Shown here one piece after another: positions 7,193 to 17,906 of a DNA stretch of 64,000 nucleotides (its first letter is position 1; every line of letters begins with the position of its first letter). The stretch comes from Alistipes sp. (GTDB lineage: Bacteria; Bacteroidota; Bacteroidia; Bacteroidales; Rikenellaceae), in contig JAZQML010000060.1 in the NCBI GenBank assembly GCA_045543395.1, positions 34,790 to 98,789 of the forward strand, written 5' to 3'. The notes beneath the pieces are model-generated. The model did no database searches. It had not been told where the DNA came from and saw only the letters and a list, made by a program, of their open reading frames with translations. Both the position numbers and the translations under genes were made by a program.

Positions 7193-9688
7193 CTATTGTG
7201 CGTTGTGTAACGCATAAGTCATATCTGTTCCATCGGTGATTTTCGAGCATTTGTAGACATTTCCCTTCCTGTCTGTTGCTCTTACCTCCACCTTTGCGTT
7301 CTTATCTTTCAGTTTGTATTTCCACATCTGGTAGCAGTGCTTGTAGTACAAACCACCATTATTCATTCCGAGATGCCCGCACAACACTCCGATTGCCCAG
7401 AAATCTCGACCACACTCTACGCCCACAGGTGGTCGTTTAGGATCATCGTATGTGAAATTGCCAATAAGTTCCTCGTAGAGTACCTCCCAATGGTACTTTG
7501 CCAAACTTGTCATCTTGCCCGAATATTCGCCATTCTCGTAGACCTCTACTACCCACGCCGTATCGGAGTTGAATACGTTTGCCAAGAGTATATCATCGCC
7601 ATAACCGAACTGATAGTAACCCTTTGTACCATTCTTGTTAGGATCGTCGGCAGGAATAGGCGAGCCTGTAATGGCGTTACCACGATAGAGTCGTATCTGG
7701 TAGTCGCGCGAGTCCATACCCTCGGAATAACCCTTAAAGTACCAATCTTTTACGGTGTTGCCATCGAAGTGGTATACTCCGTAACCGTTAGGCACACCAT
7801 CGCCATTGATGTTACTTGTCCACGAAGCACCATCCACTGCTGCTTGGGCGTGTTCGTAAATCTTGTGTGGCGAATTGCTTGTCAGCGTATGGTCGTAGTT
7901 GCGCTGGTAGTGGAGGTGTCCCGACAATACGTGTGCCTCGGCAAACTCGTCGAGCAGCGAGAGTACCTCCTGACGATATGTGCCGTCGCCGAGAGTTCCG
8001 TTGTTGTAGAGCGGAATATGAACGCACAATACCACCGCCTTATTCTTTGGTACAAGTGCCAAATCGGCCTTTAACCACTCGTACTGCTCCTGCGTGAAGG
8101 CGGTCTTGTAGATCGAAGCGTCGTCGCCCTGCACCCACTGAATATCACGCATACCGACAATGTGCGCATCGCCTCTGTTGAACGAGTAGTTGATTGGGCC
8201 AAATGTCTCCTCGAACATTCGCTGTATATTCAAATTCAACTCACGTTCATCCTTGCCATATACCGGGTGCTTTGCTGTCATATAGCAGTTGTCGTGGTTG
8301 CCCATAACTTGGAACACCGGCATACCCATCTTATCGGCGTGCATAGCGTCGCGCATAGCAGGCAGAATGGTATTGGTCAAATCGGTTGAGCCCATCGAGA
8401 TAACATCTCCCAATGTGATGCCGTAGCACGGCTTGCCGAGATTTTGTATATACATACTAACCTCCGGTGCAACCTCTGTCGAGAAACGCTCTATATGGGT
8501 TGTTCGGCTCACTTGCGGATCGGCAAAACCAAAGAGCATAAACTCTGTCTCCTTGCCGCCCGGTATGCGCTCCAACTCGAAGTTGAATCTGTCGTTGAAA
8601 CTTGGGTAACTCTTGAAGAAGCACGGCAGACCATACTTGTTGAGAGGAATTTCATACTCCTCCGGAACAGAGATAAACACATACCACGCATCTTGCGAAA
8701 TATCCATTTCGTAGTAGCCTTGGTCGTCGGTTGCAACAACCGTAAAACCATCGCTTACGGCAACACCCTTAATCGGTGTGCCATCCTTCTCACGTACACA
8801 GCCACGAATGGTGGTGTAGTAGTGGCGGAACGAATCCTCCTCTACGGGCATTGGTTGCAATGTTCCCGTTGCGCTTTGCTCGAAAGTTATGGTCTGCTGC
8901 TCGTGAATGGAGTTTGGCTTTATGGTATTCGCCTGCCACTTCATCTGCATAGGAGAGCCACTCTCGGGGATGAACGAAACCTTACACGTTCCGAGATTTG
9001 TGGCAGGAACAGCAATGGTAAAGGTGTTTGTCTGCTCGGTCGAAAGGGTGTAGTCCTCGGGCAGATGGTATGTGATTGTTCCCGACGAATTTGCCGTAGG
9101 GGTGATGTTTAACGTTGGGGTATATAACGAAAACTCGCCAGCCAAACGCTTGCCGCTCTCCGAAGTTATGGTGATGCTTTTGAGTCGTACACCTTCAGCC
9201 TTTGCAGCCATATTCAAACGAAGCAGTCCCGTGAGCGCAGTGAGAGATACATTGTCCACCCGCTCTTTGGTGTAGCCGCACATTGGAATACTGCCCGCCG
9301 AAAATGATTTTTCGATATGGTACTGCTCCGCTTGGAAATTAACAGTAGCCTTATCGCCCTCAATCACCGCATTGTGGGGGTAGAGTATGCTGCAAGGGTA
9401 TTTGATTTCGTTCTCGCCAAACGAGAATATCGCTTTTTGTGCCGATTGAGAACTTATCTCGATCGATTCCGATACAACTCCGTTTGCAGATATCTTGTCA
9501 TCGCTGGTCCATACAATCGGGTATTTGTCGCCATAGGAATTACCCAACGCAATACGGGTAATAGATGGCAACAACACCGAAAGTGTGTTATCAACAGGTT
9601 TCGGCGGCTGAATTACGCCCTGATCTTCTATACGGCAAGAAGTGCAGAGGGTAATTGCGACAAAAAGTATCGGTATGAGTCGTTTCAT
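7193..9688 (-). CDS. Calcineurin-like metallophosphoesterase lipoprotein with N-terminal beta-rich (fimbrillin-like) region
   Basis: Lipobox LCTSC; GVAVSDGF.VV.TD..G.Y N-domain; ADPQ, LGD, GNHD, HIP, GHLH motifs. Confidence 0.85.
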   Translation of the reverse strand: MKRLIPILFVAITLCTSCRIEDQGVIQPPKPVDNTLSVLLPSITRIALGNSYGDKYPIVWTSDDKISANGVVSESIEISSQSAQKAIFSFGENEIKYPCSILYPHNAVIEGDKATVNFQAEQYHIEKSFSAGSIPMCGYTKERVDNVSLTALTGLLRLNMAAKAEGVRLKSITITSESGKRLAGEFSLYTPTLNITPTANSSGTITYHLPEDYTLSTEQTNTFTIAVPATNLGTCKVSFIPESGSPMQMKWQANTIKPNSIHEQQTITFEQSATGTLQPMPVEEDSFRHYYTTIRGCVREKDGTPIKGVAVSDGFTVVATDDQGYYEMDISQDAWYVFISVPEEYEIPLNKYGLPCFFKSYPSFNDRFNFELERIPGGKETEFMLFGFADPQVSRTTHIERFSTEVAPEVSMYIQNLGKPCYGITLGDVISMGSTDLTNTILPAMRDAMHADKMGMPVFQVMGNHDNCYMTAKHPVYGKDERELNLNIQRMFEETFGPINYSFNRGDAHIVGMRDIQWVQGDDASIYKTAFTQEQYEWLKADLALVPKNKAVVLCVHIPLYNNGTLGDGTYRQEVLSLLDEFAEAHVLSGHLHYQRNYDHTLTSNSPHKIYEHAQAAVDGASWTSNINGDGVPNGYGVYHFDGNTVKDWYFKGYSEGMDSRDYQIRLYRGNAITGSPIPADDPNKNGTKGYYQFGYGDDILLANVFNSDTAWVVEVYENGEYSGKMTSLAKYHWEVLYEELIGNFTYDDPKRPPVGVECGRDFWAIGVLCGHLGMNNGGLYYKHCYQMWKYKLKDKNAKVEVRATDRKGNVYKCSKITDGTDMTYALHNAQ

Positions 9689-9691
9689 TAT

Positions 9692-12334
9692 TTAGTTTTG
9701 AGGTTTTTTGCCCATCTTATTGTCGCGGTAATCGACAAATTTGTCCGAGGTGTAGCGATTGCCGAAGCCGTCTATTGCTACGACCTTAACCTTTGCTTCA
9801 GGGTCTTTCAACTGATATTTGTAGAGGTGGTAAGTTCTTACCCAACTACCATTCGAGCCTACTCGGTTGAGTTCGCCCACCTGAATACCTACTACCCACA
9901 TATCGTATGCTCCAACCGAGCCATCTTTGATTCGGCGAGGGTCGTCCATAGTGTAGTTGCCTACCAAATTGTCGTATGAGTACGAACCATCAACAGGTGT
10001 CATTTCGCCCGTCTTCACGTCGTTCTCATAGACCTCGATAGTCCAATTCTTGTCTGCCATAAAGACATTTGCCAAAATCACATCGTCGCCAAAGTTGTAG
10101 GAGTAGTAACCCGTACCGTTTTTACCACTTTTCGACTGACGTGGCGCACCGGTAATGGCACTACCGCGATAGAGTCGCATCTGGTCTTGGCGGGTATTCA
10201 TACCCTCGTGATAGCCCATATAGTACCAATCGGTAAAGGTATTGCCCTCGCCGATAAATACTCCGTAGCCATTTGGTGTGCCATCGCCACAGACGTTCGA
10301 CGACCACCACGTTCCACATACGGTACCCATATTATGCTCGTAGATGTTGTATGCGGTGTGGATATAGTTGCGCTGGTAGTGGGTGTGTCCCGAAATGACG
10401 TGTGCCTCTTTGAACTCGTTGAGGAGTTGGTGTACCTCCTTAACGTAGTGTCCGCTCTCGCCGCTCTTTGATGCACTACCGAATAACGGAATATGTACGC
10501 ACAATACCACCATCTTGTCTTTCGGTACAACCGACAAATCCTGCTTCAACCACTCGTACTGCTCCTTCAAGAAACCTGTCTGGTAGTTGCGGGTTGTCCA
10601 ATTGGTAGTGTAGTAAATATCTCGCATACCTACAATATGTACATTGCCACGATTGAACGAGTAGTTGATAGGACCAAACGTACTCTCGAACTCACGTTGC
10701 GCCTTAATATTGGTAGTGCTGCTCTGTGCATCCGGTACAAGCGGACAATTTCCACCGAAGTAGTTGCAGTCGTGGTTACCCATAACTTGGAATATAGGGA
10801 AACCTACGGTGCTTGGACGCATCGCTTCACGCATCTTCTCCATATATTGGGTTGCATTGCCACGAGTATTCGGGTTGTAGTTGTCTTCATCTGATGTACC
10901 GGTCGAAATCACATCGCCCAGAGTGATACCATATACCGGCATCTCTGCCGACAACTCCCTGGCATACGCCTTAATAGCAGGTATAGCCTCTTTCGTAAAT
11001 CGGTTTAGACCTGTACTTGACGACACCTGCGGATCGGCAAAGGTCAACAGTGCAAACTTCTCCTCCGGCTTGCCGTCGGGACGAAGTTTCAACTCGAAGT
11101 TGTACTCCTGAACTTCTTGCGAAATGCGAGAGTAGAATAGAGGACCGTGAACATATCTCTGAACCTCGCAGTTTGCAGGAATGGAGTAGAATACATACCA
11201 CGCATCGCTGCTCGGCTTAATCATATACAAGCCGTCTTTGTCGGTCGTAACCACCGAAAAACCATCGCTGACAGCAACGTCGCTGATTGCTTTACCGGTC
11301 GCTTTGTCGTAGGTGTAACCGTATATGTAACCCTCCGGAACATTCAGTCGGCGTACGATTTTGAGATTATCAACACATACCTGCTTTACTGTGGTAGAGG
11401 TCTTTATCTCGCAGTAGCAGTCGGCTGTAACACCCTCTACCGCAACCGAGAAGTTGTTCCACGATGGTCTGCCATTGACGCCTTTGAGGTTGAAGTCTTT
11501 GCTTAATAGCGTTGTGCCATCGCCCTTCAATATCGAAAGATTGACCTTTCCTCCACTGGCATTATAAGTGTTCGAGAATATTGCTGCGCTGAAACTAACC
11601 TCAATATTCTCTGTTTCGTTCTCCAGAGCCGAGAATGCAGGAGTTTTGAGTTTTCCGACACCACTCGCTGTGCCGAGTTTTACATATCCCGGCATAAGAT
11701 AGACCTTATCGCCCTTTGGCCACCCCTCGAAGCCCATCAATTTGAGCATCGAAGCCTTATAGTCGAACAAATAACCGCCATTGTCGTTTACATCGTTGGT
11801 AGGGTGCGAATCTTCGATAGCATCGGTTAAACTCTCCACAACGTAGGTTTTAGGCTTGATCTCGTCAGCCAATGCCACACCTTGCGCTACGTTGATGTAG
11901 TCGTAGCCCCAAAAGAGATTGTCGAAATTCTGCGATATCACCTCACTACGAACGTGTGTAGCCGAGAGCGACACCTCGAATGGGTTGGACTTGTAGCCCG
12001 TTGCGATGTTCTCCACAACGATGTAGAACGAACGGCTCGAATCGAGATAAGGGACAGAGAAACGCTTGTCTGCCTGTATGTCGAACGAGAGGTTGTACTT
12101 TTGGTAGAGATTTTTGCAATCGGCGTCGAAATAGACCGATACGGAGTACTCTTTGTTGTCGCCCTTATCGTCTATCCACGAAATGGATATGCCCGTAGAA
12201 GAGGCTGCAATCTCCGATACCTGAATGCTGATTTTGTTGGTAGTGGTAATGTTTTGTTCATTTACCGTGCAAGCGGTTGTTGCAATGAAAACGGTTGCCA
12301 CGAGGCTTGCTAAAAAACCGAATTTTGGTCTCAT
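9692..12334 (-). CDS. Calcineurin-like metallophosphoesterase lipoprotein (paralogue of upstream-coordinate gene)
   Basis: Lipobox ATTAC; VAVSDGF; ADPQ, LGD, GNHD, HIP, GHTH; GDGTPNGYGV. Confidence 0.85.
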   Translation of the reverse strand: MRPKFGFLASLVATVFIATTACTVNEQNITTTNKISIQVSEIAASSTGISISWIDDKGDNKEYSVSVYFDADCKNLYQKYNLSFDIQADKRFSVPYLDSSRSFYIVVENIATGYKSNPFEVSLSATHVRSEVISQNFDNLFWGYDYINVAQGVALADEIKPKTYVVESLTDAIEDSHPTNDVNDNGGYLFDYKASMLKLMGFEGWPKGDKVYLMPGYVKLGTASGVGKLKTPAFSALENETENIEVSFSAAIFSNTYNASGGKVNLSILKGDGTTLLSKDFNLKGVNGRPSWNNFSVAVEGVTADCYCEIKTSTTVKQVCVDNLKIVRRLNVPEGYIYGYTYDKATGKAISDVAVSDGFSVVTTDKDGLYMIKPSSDAWYVFYSIPANCEVQRYVHGPLFYSRISQEVQEYNFELKLRPDGKPEEKFALLTFADPQVSSSTGLNRFTKEAIPAIKAYARELSAEMPVYGITLGDVISTGTSDEDNYNPNTRGNATQYMEKMREAMRPSTVGFPIFQVMGNHDCNYFGGNCPLVPDAQSSTTNIKAQREFESTFGPINYSFNRGNVHIVGMRDIYYTTNWTTRNYQTGFLKEQYEWLKQDLSVVPKDKMVVLCVHIPLFGSASKSGESGHYVKEVHQLLNEFKEAHVISGHTHYQRNYIHTAYNIYEHNMGTVCGTWWSSNVCGDGTPNGYGVFIGEGNTFTDWYYMGYHEGMNTRQDQMRLYRGSAITGAPRQSKSGKNGTGYYSYNFGDDVILANVFMADKNWTIEVYENDVKTGEMTPVDGSYSYDNLVGNYTMDDPRRIKDGSVGAYDMWVVGIQVGELNRVGSNGSWVRTYHLYKYQLKDPEAKVKVVAIDGFGNRYTSDKFVDYRDNKMGKKPQN

Positions 12335-12392
12335 AAGAGTAGGTTGAGTTTTATAATTTATTATAATTGCGACAAAATTATGTTTTTTTTGC

Positions 12393-12400
12393 TATATTTG
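12393..12400 (+). promoter_or_regulatory. Bacteroidetes -7 box TATATTTG (fabD)
   Basis: TAnnTTTG consensus; similar boxes at 13376, 20621, 21850, 25331, 39693, 42125, 49533, 51247. Confidence 0.6.
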
Positions 12401-12433
12401 CAAAGTTTTAAGTGACAAAAAACAACTTGCAAT

Positions 12434-13315
12434 ATGAAAAAGGCATACGTTTTTCCCGGTCAGGGAGCGCAATATAGCGGAATGGGTAAAGAGTTGTACG
12501 AAAATAGCGAGGAGGCTCGTGCGTTATTCGAACGTGCAAACGAGATTCTCGGCTTTCGGATAACCGATATTATGTTCGAGGGGTCGGACGAAGATTTGCG
12601 CCAAACAAAGGTTACCCAACCGGCGGTATTTCTCCATTCGGTGGTGCTTGCAAAAGTGCTTGGCGTTGAGCCATCGGCGGTTGCAGGCCACTCGCTTGGC
12701 GAATTTTCGGCATTGGTGGTTGCTGGTGCGCTCTCGTTCGAGGAGGGTTTACAACTCGTTTCCAAACGAGCAATGGCTATGCAGCGTGCTTGCGAGGCGG
12801 TGGCCGGAACTATGGCTGCGGTGTTGAGGTTGCCCGACCAGACCATCGAGCAGATTTGCGAGAGCGTTGATGGTGTGGTGGTTGCTGCCAACTATAATTG
12901 CCCGGGACAACTTGTCATATCGGGTGCTGTGGATGCTGTGAATGTAGCGTGCGAAAAGATGAAGGAGGCGGGAGCCCGTCGTGCTTTGGTGCTACCGGTT
13001 GGTGGCGCATTCCACTCCCCGCTGATGGAGCCTGCACGCAAAGAGTTGGCAGAGGCGATTGAGATGGCCAATTTTACTGCGCCTATTTGCCCTATATATC
13101 AGAATGTCGATGCACTACCGCACACTTCGCCCGACGAGATTAAGGCGAATCTCATAGCGCAACTCACTGCACCTGTGCGTTGGACTCAAATAGTGGAGAA
13201 TATGGTTGCCGATGGAATTGCCAACTTTACCGAACTTGGCCCGGGAACCGTTCTGCAAGGCCTTATAACCAAGATTTCTGCCGATGCGGAGGTCGAAAGC
13301 AAAGCCACTTTTTGA
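12434..13315 (+). CDS. fabD: Malonyl-CoA:ACP transacylase
   Basis: FPGQGAQ, TQPA, GHSLGE, GAFHS motifs. Confidence 0.97.
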   Translation: MKKAYVFPGQGAQYSGMGKELYENSEEARALFERANEILGFRITDIMFEGSDEDLRQTKVTQPAVFLHSVVLAKVLGVEPSAVAGHSLGEFSALVVAGALSFEEGLQLVSKRAMAMQRACEAVAGTMAAVLRLPDQTIEQICESVDGVVVAANYNCPGQLVISGAVDAVNVACEKMKEAGARRALVLPVGGAFHSPLMEPARKELAEAIEMANFTAPICPIYQNVDALPHTSPDEIKANLIAQLTAPVRWTQIVENMVADGIANFTELGPGTVLQGLITKISADAEVESKATF

Positions 13316-13414
13316 AAATTATGAATATTTTTTGAAAAAATTTAACAAAGGCGAGGTTTGTTCGCCTTTTTTTATTATCTTTGCATTAGGTTAGTTAAAA
13401 AACAGCAGAAGATA

Positions 13415-14638
13415 ATGAGTTCTTTAATCGATTTTTTCAATAATCAGGCAACCGATAAGGGATTGTCGCACAAGAACAATCTCATCAAGCGAAACATCCT
13501 CGCATATATGGTGACCAATGGAGAGGTTACCCTCGCCGAACTTACCAAAGAGTTGAAAATCAGTATACCTACGATGACTAAACTCGTTCAGGAGTTGGTC
13601 GACGAGAATATTGTTTCCGACTTGGGTAAGGTGGAAACATCGGGCGGTCGTCGCCCCAATGTCTATGGTCTGACCTGCTCGACGCTCTACTTTGCGGGTG
13701 TTCACGTTGGTCGTGATAGTATGACGTGTGTAATCACCGATATGCAGAACAATCTCGTTTGCGAGAAGGTGTACGACGATTTTGAACTCACCGATAGGGA
13801 GTCGTGCCTCGATGCTATCTGCAATAATATTGTCGAGTTTGTTGCCGGATGCGGTGTGGAGCGCACCAATATTCTGGGACTTGGCGTATGTATCGTTGGT
13901 CGTGTAAATACCTCGGAGGGACGTTCGTTCCACTACTTTACATCGTTCGACGAGTCACTGCGCGATATTATTGAGAATAGGGTAGGCCTGCGCGTACTCG
14001 TCGAGAACGATACCCGCGCACGTTGCTATGCCGAGTATCACTTCTCGCGCTCAAAGACCGAGAGTAATGTGTTGTACCTCCACCTCGGTTTGGGTGTTGC
14101 GATTGGTATCGTTAGTGACGGTAAACTCTACTACGGCAAGAATGGCTTTGCGGGCGAGTTCGGACATATCCCATTCTTTAACAACGAAAAGATTTGCTTC
14201 TGCGGAAAGAAGGGTTGCCTCGAGACCGAGGTTTCGGGTATCGCTATCGAGGAGGAGATGAACGAGTTGGTGCGTAATGGCGCAAACACCATCCTTCGCA
14301 AACGCTACGAGGCAAAGGAGCAGATACATATCAACGATATTGTGAATGCCGCTTGCAACGACGATAACCTCTCTATCGAACTTATCGAAAAGGCTGGCGA
14401 AAAGGTTGGTAAGGCGGTGGCTTTCCTTATCAATATTTTCAACCCCGAGAGCGTTATTGTGGGAGGAAACTTGGCGGCTGCGGGCGACTATATAATGTTG
14501 CCGTTGAAGTCTGCAACCAACAAATACTCTTTGAGTTTGGTCTACAAAGATACCAAATTCCGAGTGTCGAAGTTGGGCCCTAATGCTAACGCGTGGGGTG
14601 TGGCTATGTTGATGCGAAATATGGTTATTGGACTTTAA
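13415..14638 (+). CDS. ROK-family transcriptional regulator
   Basis: N-terminal HTH, GGRRP, END, GEFGH and CFCGKKGCLE zinc motif. Confidence 0.92.
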   Translation: MSSLIDFFNNQATDKGLSHKNNLIKRNILAYMVTNGEVTLAELTKELKISIPTMTKLVQELVDENIVSDLGKVETSGGRRPNVYGLTCSTLYFAGVHVGRDSMTCVITDMQNNLVCEKVYDDFELTDRESCLDAICNNIVEFVAGCGVERTNILGLGVCIVGRVNTSEGRSFHYFTSFDESLRDIIENRVGLRVLVENDTRARCYAEYHFSRSKTESNVLYLHLGLGVAIGIVSDGKLYYGKNGFAGEFGHIPFFNNEKICFCGKKGCLETEVSGIAIEEEMNELVRNGANTILRKRYEAKEQIHINDIVNAACNDDNLSIELIEKAGEKVGKAVAFLINIFNPESVIVGGNLAAAGDYIMLPLKSATNKYSLSLVYKDTKFRVSKLGPNANAWGVAMLMRNMVIGL

Positions 14639-14647
14639 GCGTTACCA

Positions 14648-15121
14648 ATGATCTTGCTCGAAGGCGAAAAAGTTATATTGCGGAGTGTCGATTGTTCTGA
14701 TATCGACACTCTGCTTTTGTGGGAGAACTCTTCTGCAGAACCTCTCTATGGCATTTATGAGGAGCAATATACCCGTGAGGATGTGGCGCAATTTGTCGAA
14801 AACCAACAACGCTATTCCATCGCCGAAACCGAGCAACTACGACTGATGATTTGCTCCCACGAGGGCGAACGATTGGGCTGTATCGACCTTACCGAATACG
14901 ACGGCAAAAAGGCGTTTGTATCTATCTTAATTGTTGATTTAGGTAATCGTCGTAAAGGCTTTGCCGAAAATGCGTTGCGTATGTTGATTGATTACGCCAA
15001 ATCGTTCGGTTTGCACGCTCTATATGCCAGCATTCTGCCCGAAAATCTCCCCAGCATTTCCCTCTTCTCAAAGGTTGGCTTTGTGGGGTTAGACGACAAT
15101 CTTTTTGCCTATATTTTGTAG
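14648..15121 (+). CDS. GNAT N-acetyltransferase (RimJ/RimL-like)
   Basis: RRKGFA acetyl-CoA motif, N..SISLF.KVGF. Confidence 0.88.
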   Translation: MILLEGEKVILRSVDCSDIDTLLLWENSSAEPLYGIYEEQYTREDVAQFVENQQRYSIAETEQLRLMICSHEGERLGCIDLTEYDGKKAFVSILIVDLGNRRKGFAENALRMLIDYAKSFGLHALYASILPENLPSISLFSKVGFVGLDDNLFAYIL

Positions 15122-15210
15122 GGTATCGTTTTCGATACCTGTGTTTGCGTGGGGCTCCTCCCAATGTGGTGGCTTTTTTTCATTGTGTGCTGGGTGTTGT
15201 TTTCTACGCC
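15121..15210. repeat. One intact (15121-15139) and one degenerate (15192-15210) GGGTATCG-TTTT-CGATACC unit
   Basis: Same core and flank (TGTGTTTGCGTGG) as the 2412-2693 array. Confidence 0.85.
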
Positions 15211-15265
15211 TGCGAGTTCTTGGAATAAGATCAATATGTCAAATGCAGAAAAATACCCCGAATTT

Positions 15266-15296
15266 TCAATTATCAATTATCAAATATCAATTATAA
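15266..15296. repeat. Heptamer repeat AATTATC-type x4
   Basis: caattatcaattatcaaatatcaattat read directly. Confidence 0.7.
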
Positions 15297-15329
15297 TTTG
15301 TATTTTTGCTCCAAAATAGGAATGTAGTT

Positions 15330-15977
15330 ATGAGAATTGTTGCTCCTTCGATACTCTCTGCCGACTTTGGCAATCTCGAACGAGATATCAAGATGATTGA
15401 CCGCTCCGCTGCGGAGTGGGTGCATATCGACGTTATGGATGGCGTATTTGTGCCTAATATTTCTTTTGGCTTTCCCGTGATGAAGCCGGTGCGTAGGGCA
15501 ACGAAAAAGGTGCTCGATGTCCATCTGATGATTGTTGAGCCGGAGAGGTATGTGAAGCGTTTTGTGGAGGCGGGAGCAGACTATGTAACCTTCCATCACG
15601 AAGCGTGTGCCGATCCACGCGCGACCATTGCCGAGATTAAGGCTGCCGGAGCAAAAGCGGGCGTAAGTATAAAACCGGCAACCCCTGCCGAGGCAATTTT
15701 CGACTACCTCTCGGAGTTGGACTTGGTGCTTGTGATGAGTGTGGAGCCGGGTTTTGGCGGTCAGTCGTTTATGCCCGATTCGCTCGATAAGGTACGAGCA
15801 TTGCGTCGTGAGATTGACGAGAAGGGCTACAACTGCCTGATTGAGATCGATGGCGGAATCTCGGCAAAGAATGCCCGCGAGGTGTTCGATGCAGGTGTGG
15901 ATGCCGTAGTGGCAGGCTCGTCGGTTTTTGGTGCAGAGTGTCCCGAGCAGGCGATAATTGATATTTTGAATGCGTAA
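15330..15977 (+). CDS. rpe: Ribulose-phosphate 3-epimerase
   Basis: APSILSADF, HIDVMDG.FVPN, DVHLM, MSVEPGFGGQ, EIDGG. Confidence 0.97.
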   Translation: MRIVAPSILSADFGNLERDIKMIDRSAAEWVHIDVMDGVFVPNISFGFPVMKPVRRATKKVLDVHLMIVEPERYVKRFVEAGADYVTFHHEACADPRATIAEIKAAGAKAGVSIKPATPAEAIFDYLSELDLVLVMSVEPGFGGQSFMPDSLDKVRALRREIDEKGYNCLIEIDGGISAKNAREVFDAGVDAVVAGSSVFGAECPEQAIIDILNA

Positions 15978-17905
15978 TGATTTCGATAGATAACCTCACT
16001 GTAAGTTTTGGCGGCTGGACGCTATTCGATGGCATTTCGTTCCTCGTAAATCCGAAGGAGCGCATCGGTTTAGTCGGTCGTAACGGCGCAGGAAAAACCA
16101 CAATACTCAAACTTATAGCGGGCTTACAACAACCCACTTCGGGTGCTGTAACCAAAAATGCCGACTGCACAATCGGCTACCTTCCGCAGCAGATGCAGGT
16201 GGCTGATACCACCACGCTTATAGCCGAGACGGCAAAGGCTTTCGAGGAGGTCTTGGCGTTGGAGGCGGAGATTGAGCGACTCACTGCCGAGATTGCGGTG
16301 CGAACTGACTACGAGAGCGAGGAGTACGAAAAGTTGTTGCATCGCCTGAACGATGCCAACGACCGCTACCATATTCTCGGTGGCGATACTCGTGATGCCG
16401 ATATCGAAAAGACACTGCTTGGCTTGGGCTTTCGTCGTGACGAGTTCGAGAAGCCTACGTGTGAGTTCTCGGGCGGTTGGCGTATGCGAATAGAGTTGGC
16501 AAAACTGCTGTTGCGCCGTCCTTCGATATTCCTGCTCGACGAGCCGACAAACCACCTCGATATCGAATCTATCCAGTGGTTGGAGGAGTATCTGAAAAAC
16601 TACAACGGAGCGGTGCTGCTTATCTCGCACGATAGGGCATTTTTGGATAACGTTACAACCCGCACGATAGAGTTGTCGTTAGGTAAGATTTACGACTACA
16701 AAGTGCCTTACTCTCAGTTTGTTACGCTTCGTGCTGAACGTCGAGCGCAACAGTTGGCAGCCTACCAAAATCAGCAGCGACTTATCGAAAAGAGCGAGGA
16801 GTTTATCGAGAAGTTCCGCTACAAACCCACCAAGTCGAATCAGGTGCAGTCGCGCATCAAGCAACTCGACAAGTTGGAGCGCATCGAGGTTGAAGAGGAG
16901 GATTTGGCAACGCTGAATATAAAGTTCCCGCCGGCACCTCGTTCGGGACAGATTGTGGCGGATATTAAGGGTGTTGGTAAAGCATTTGGCGACCACCGAG
17001 TATTCTCGGGTGCGGAATTTACCATCCATAAGGGCGATAAAATTGCGCTCGTCGGTCGAAATGGCGAGGGTAAGACAACCTTCGCACGAATGCTCATTGG
17101 CGAGTTGGAGCAGTCGGAGGGCGAGATAAAGATTGGTGCAAATGTCAGCATCGGCTACTACGCACAAAATCAAGACGATTTGATGAATGGCGACTTTACC
17201 GTTTACGACACCCTCGACAGGGTTGCCGTAGGCGATATTCGTACTCGTCTGCGAGATATTCTCGGAGCCTTCCTTTTTAGAGGCGAGGATGTCGATAAGA
17301 AGGTTAAAGTGTTGTCGGGAGGCGAACGTTCACGTTTGGCTATGGCTCGTATGATGCTCGAACCGCACAATTTGCTCGTTCTCGACGAGCCGACAAACCA
17401 TATGGATATGCGCTCGAAGGATATCCTTAAAACGGCGTTGCAGAAGTTCGACGGAACGGTGGTTGTGGTGTCGCACGATCGTGAGTTCTTGGATGGTGTT
17501 GTAGACAAGGTCTACGAGTTTAGAGATGGGGGAGTGCGAGAGTATCTTGGCGGCATCTACTACTTCCTCGAAAAGCGCAAACTCGAAAATCTGCACGAAA
17601 TAGAGCGCAAAGCACCTGTCGTAGCGGCTGCAAAGCAAGAGCAGTCGTCGGGTAAATTGTCGTACGAACAGAAGAAGGAGCAGGAGAAGTTACTCCGCAA
17701 ATTGCGTAAAAATGTGGAGCAGATAGAGGCAGAGTTGGCAGAAGTGGAGCAGAAAATTGCCGGGTACGATGCCCGCTTTGCGGTTGCAACGGAGTATAAC
17801 GCTGACGACTATAAAGCGTATGACGAATTGAAAGGACGTTACGACCACTTGATGCACGAGTGGGAGAAGGCATCGTATGAATTAGAAATAACTGAACAAC
17901 AATAA
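15977..17905 (+). CDS. ABC-F family ATP-binding protein
   Basis: Two ABC domains (GRNGAGKT, FSGGWRMR, LLDEPTNHLD; GRNGEGKT, LSGGE), no TM segments. Confidence 0.95.
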   Translation: MISIDNLTVSFGGWTLFDGISFLVNPKERIGLVGRNGAGKTTILKLIAGLQQPTSGAVTKNADCTIGYLPQQMQVADTTTLIAETAKAFEEVLALEAEIERLTAEIAVRTDYESEEYEKLLHRLNDANDRYHILGGDTRDADIEKTLLGLGFRRDEFEKPTCEFSGGWRMRIELAKLLLRRPSIFLLDEPTNHLDIESIQWLEEYLKNYNGAVLLISHDRAFLDNVTTRTIELSLGKIYDYKVPYSQFVTLRAERRAQQLAAYQNQQRLIEKSEEFIEKFRYKPTKSNQVQSRIKQLDKLERIEVEEEDLATLNIKFPPAPRSGQIVADIKGVGKAFGDHRVFSGAEFTIHKGDKIALVGRNGEGKTTFARMLIGELEQSEGEIKIGANVSIGYYAQNQDDLMNGDFTVYDTLDRVAVGDIRTRLRDILGAFLFRGEDVDKKVKVLSGGERSRLAMARMMLEPHNLLVLDEPTNHMDMRSKDILKTALQKFDGTVVVVSHDREFLDGVVDKVYEFRDGGVREYLGGIYYFLEKRKLENLHEIERKAPVVAAAKQEQSSGKLSYEQKKEQEKLLRKLRKNVEQIEAELAEVEQKIAGYDARFAVATEYNADDYKAYDELKGRYDHLMHEWEKASYELEITEQQ

Positions 17906-17906
17906 T

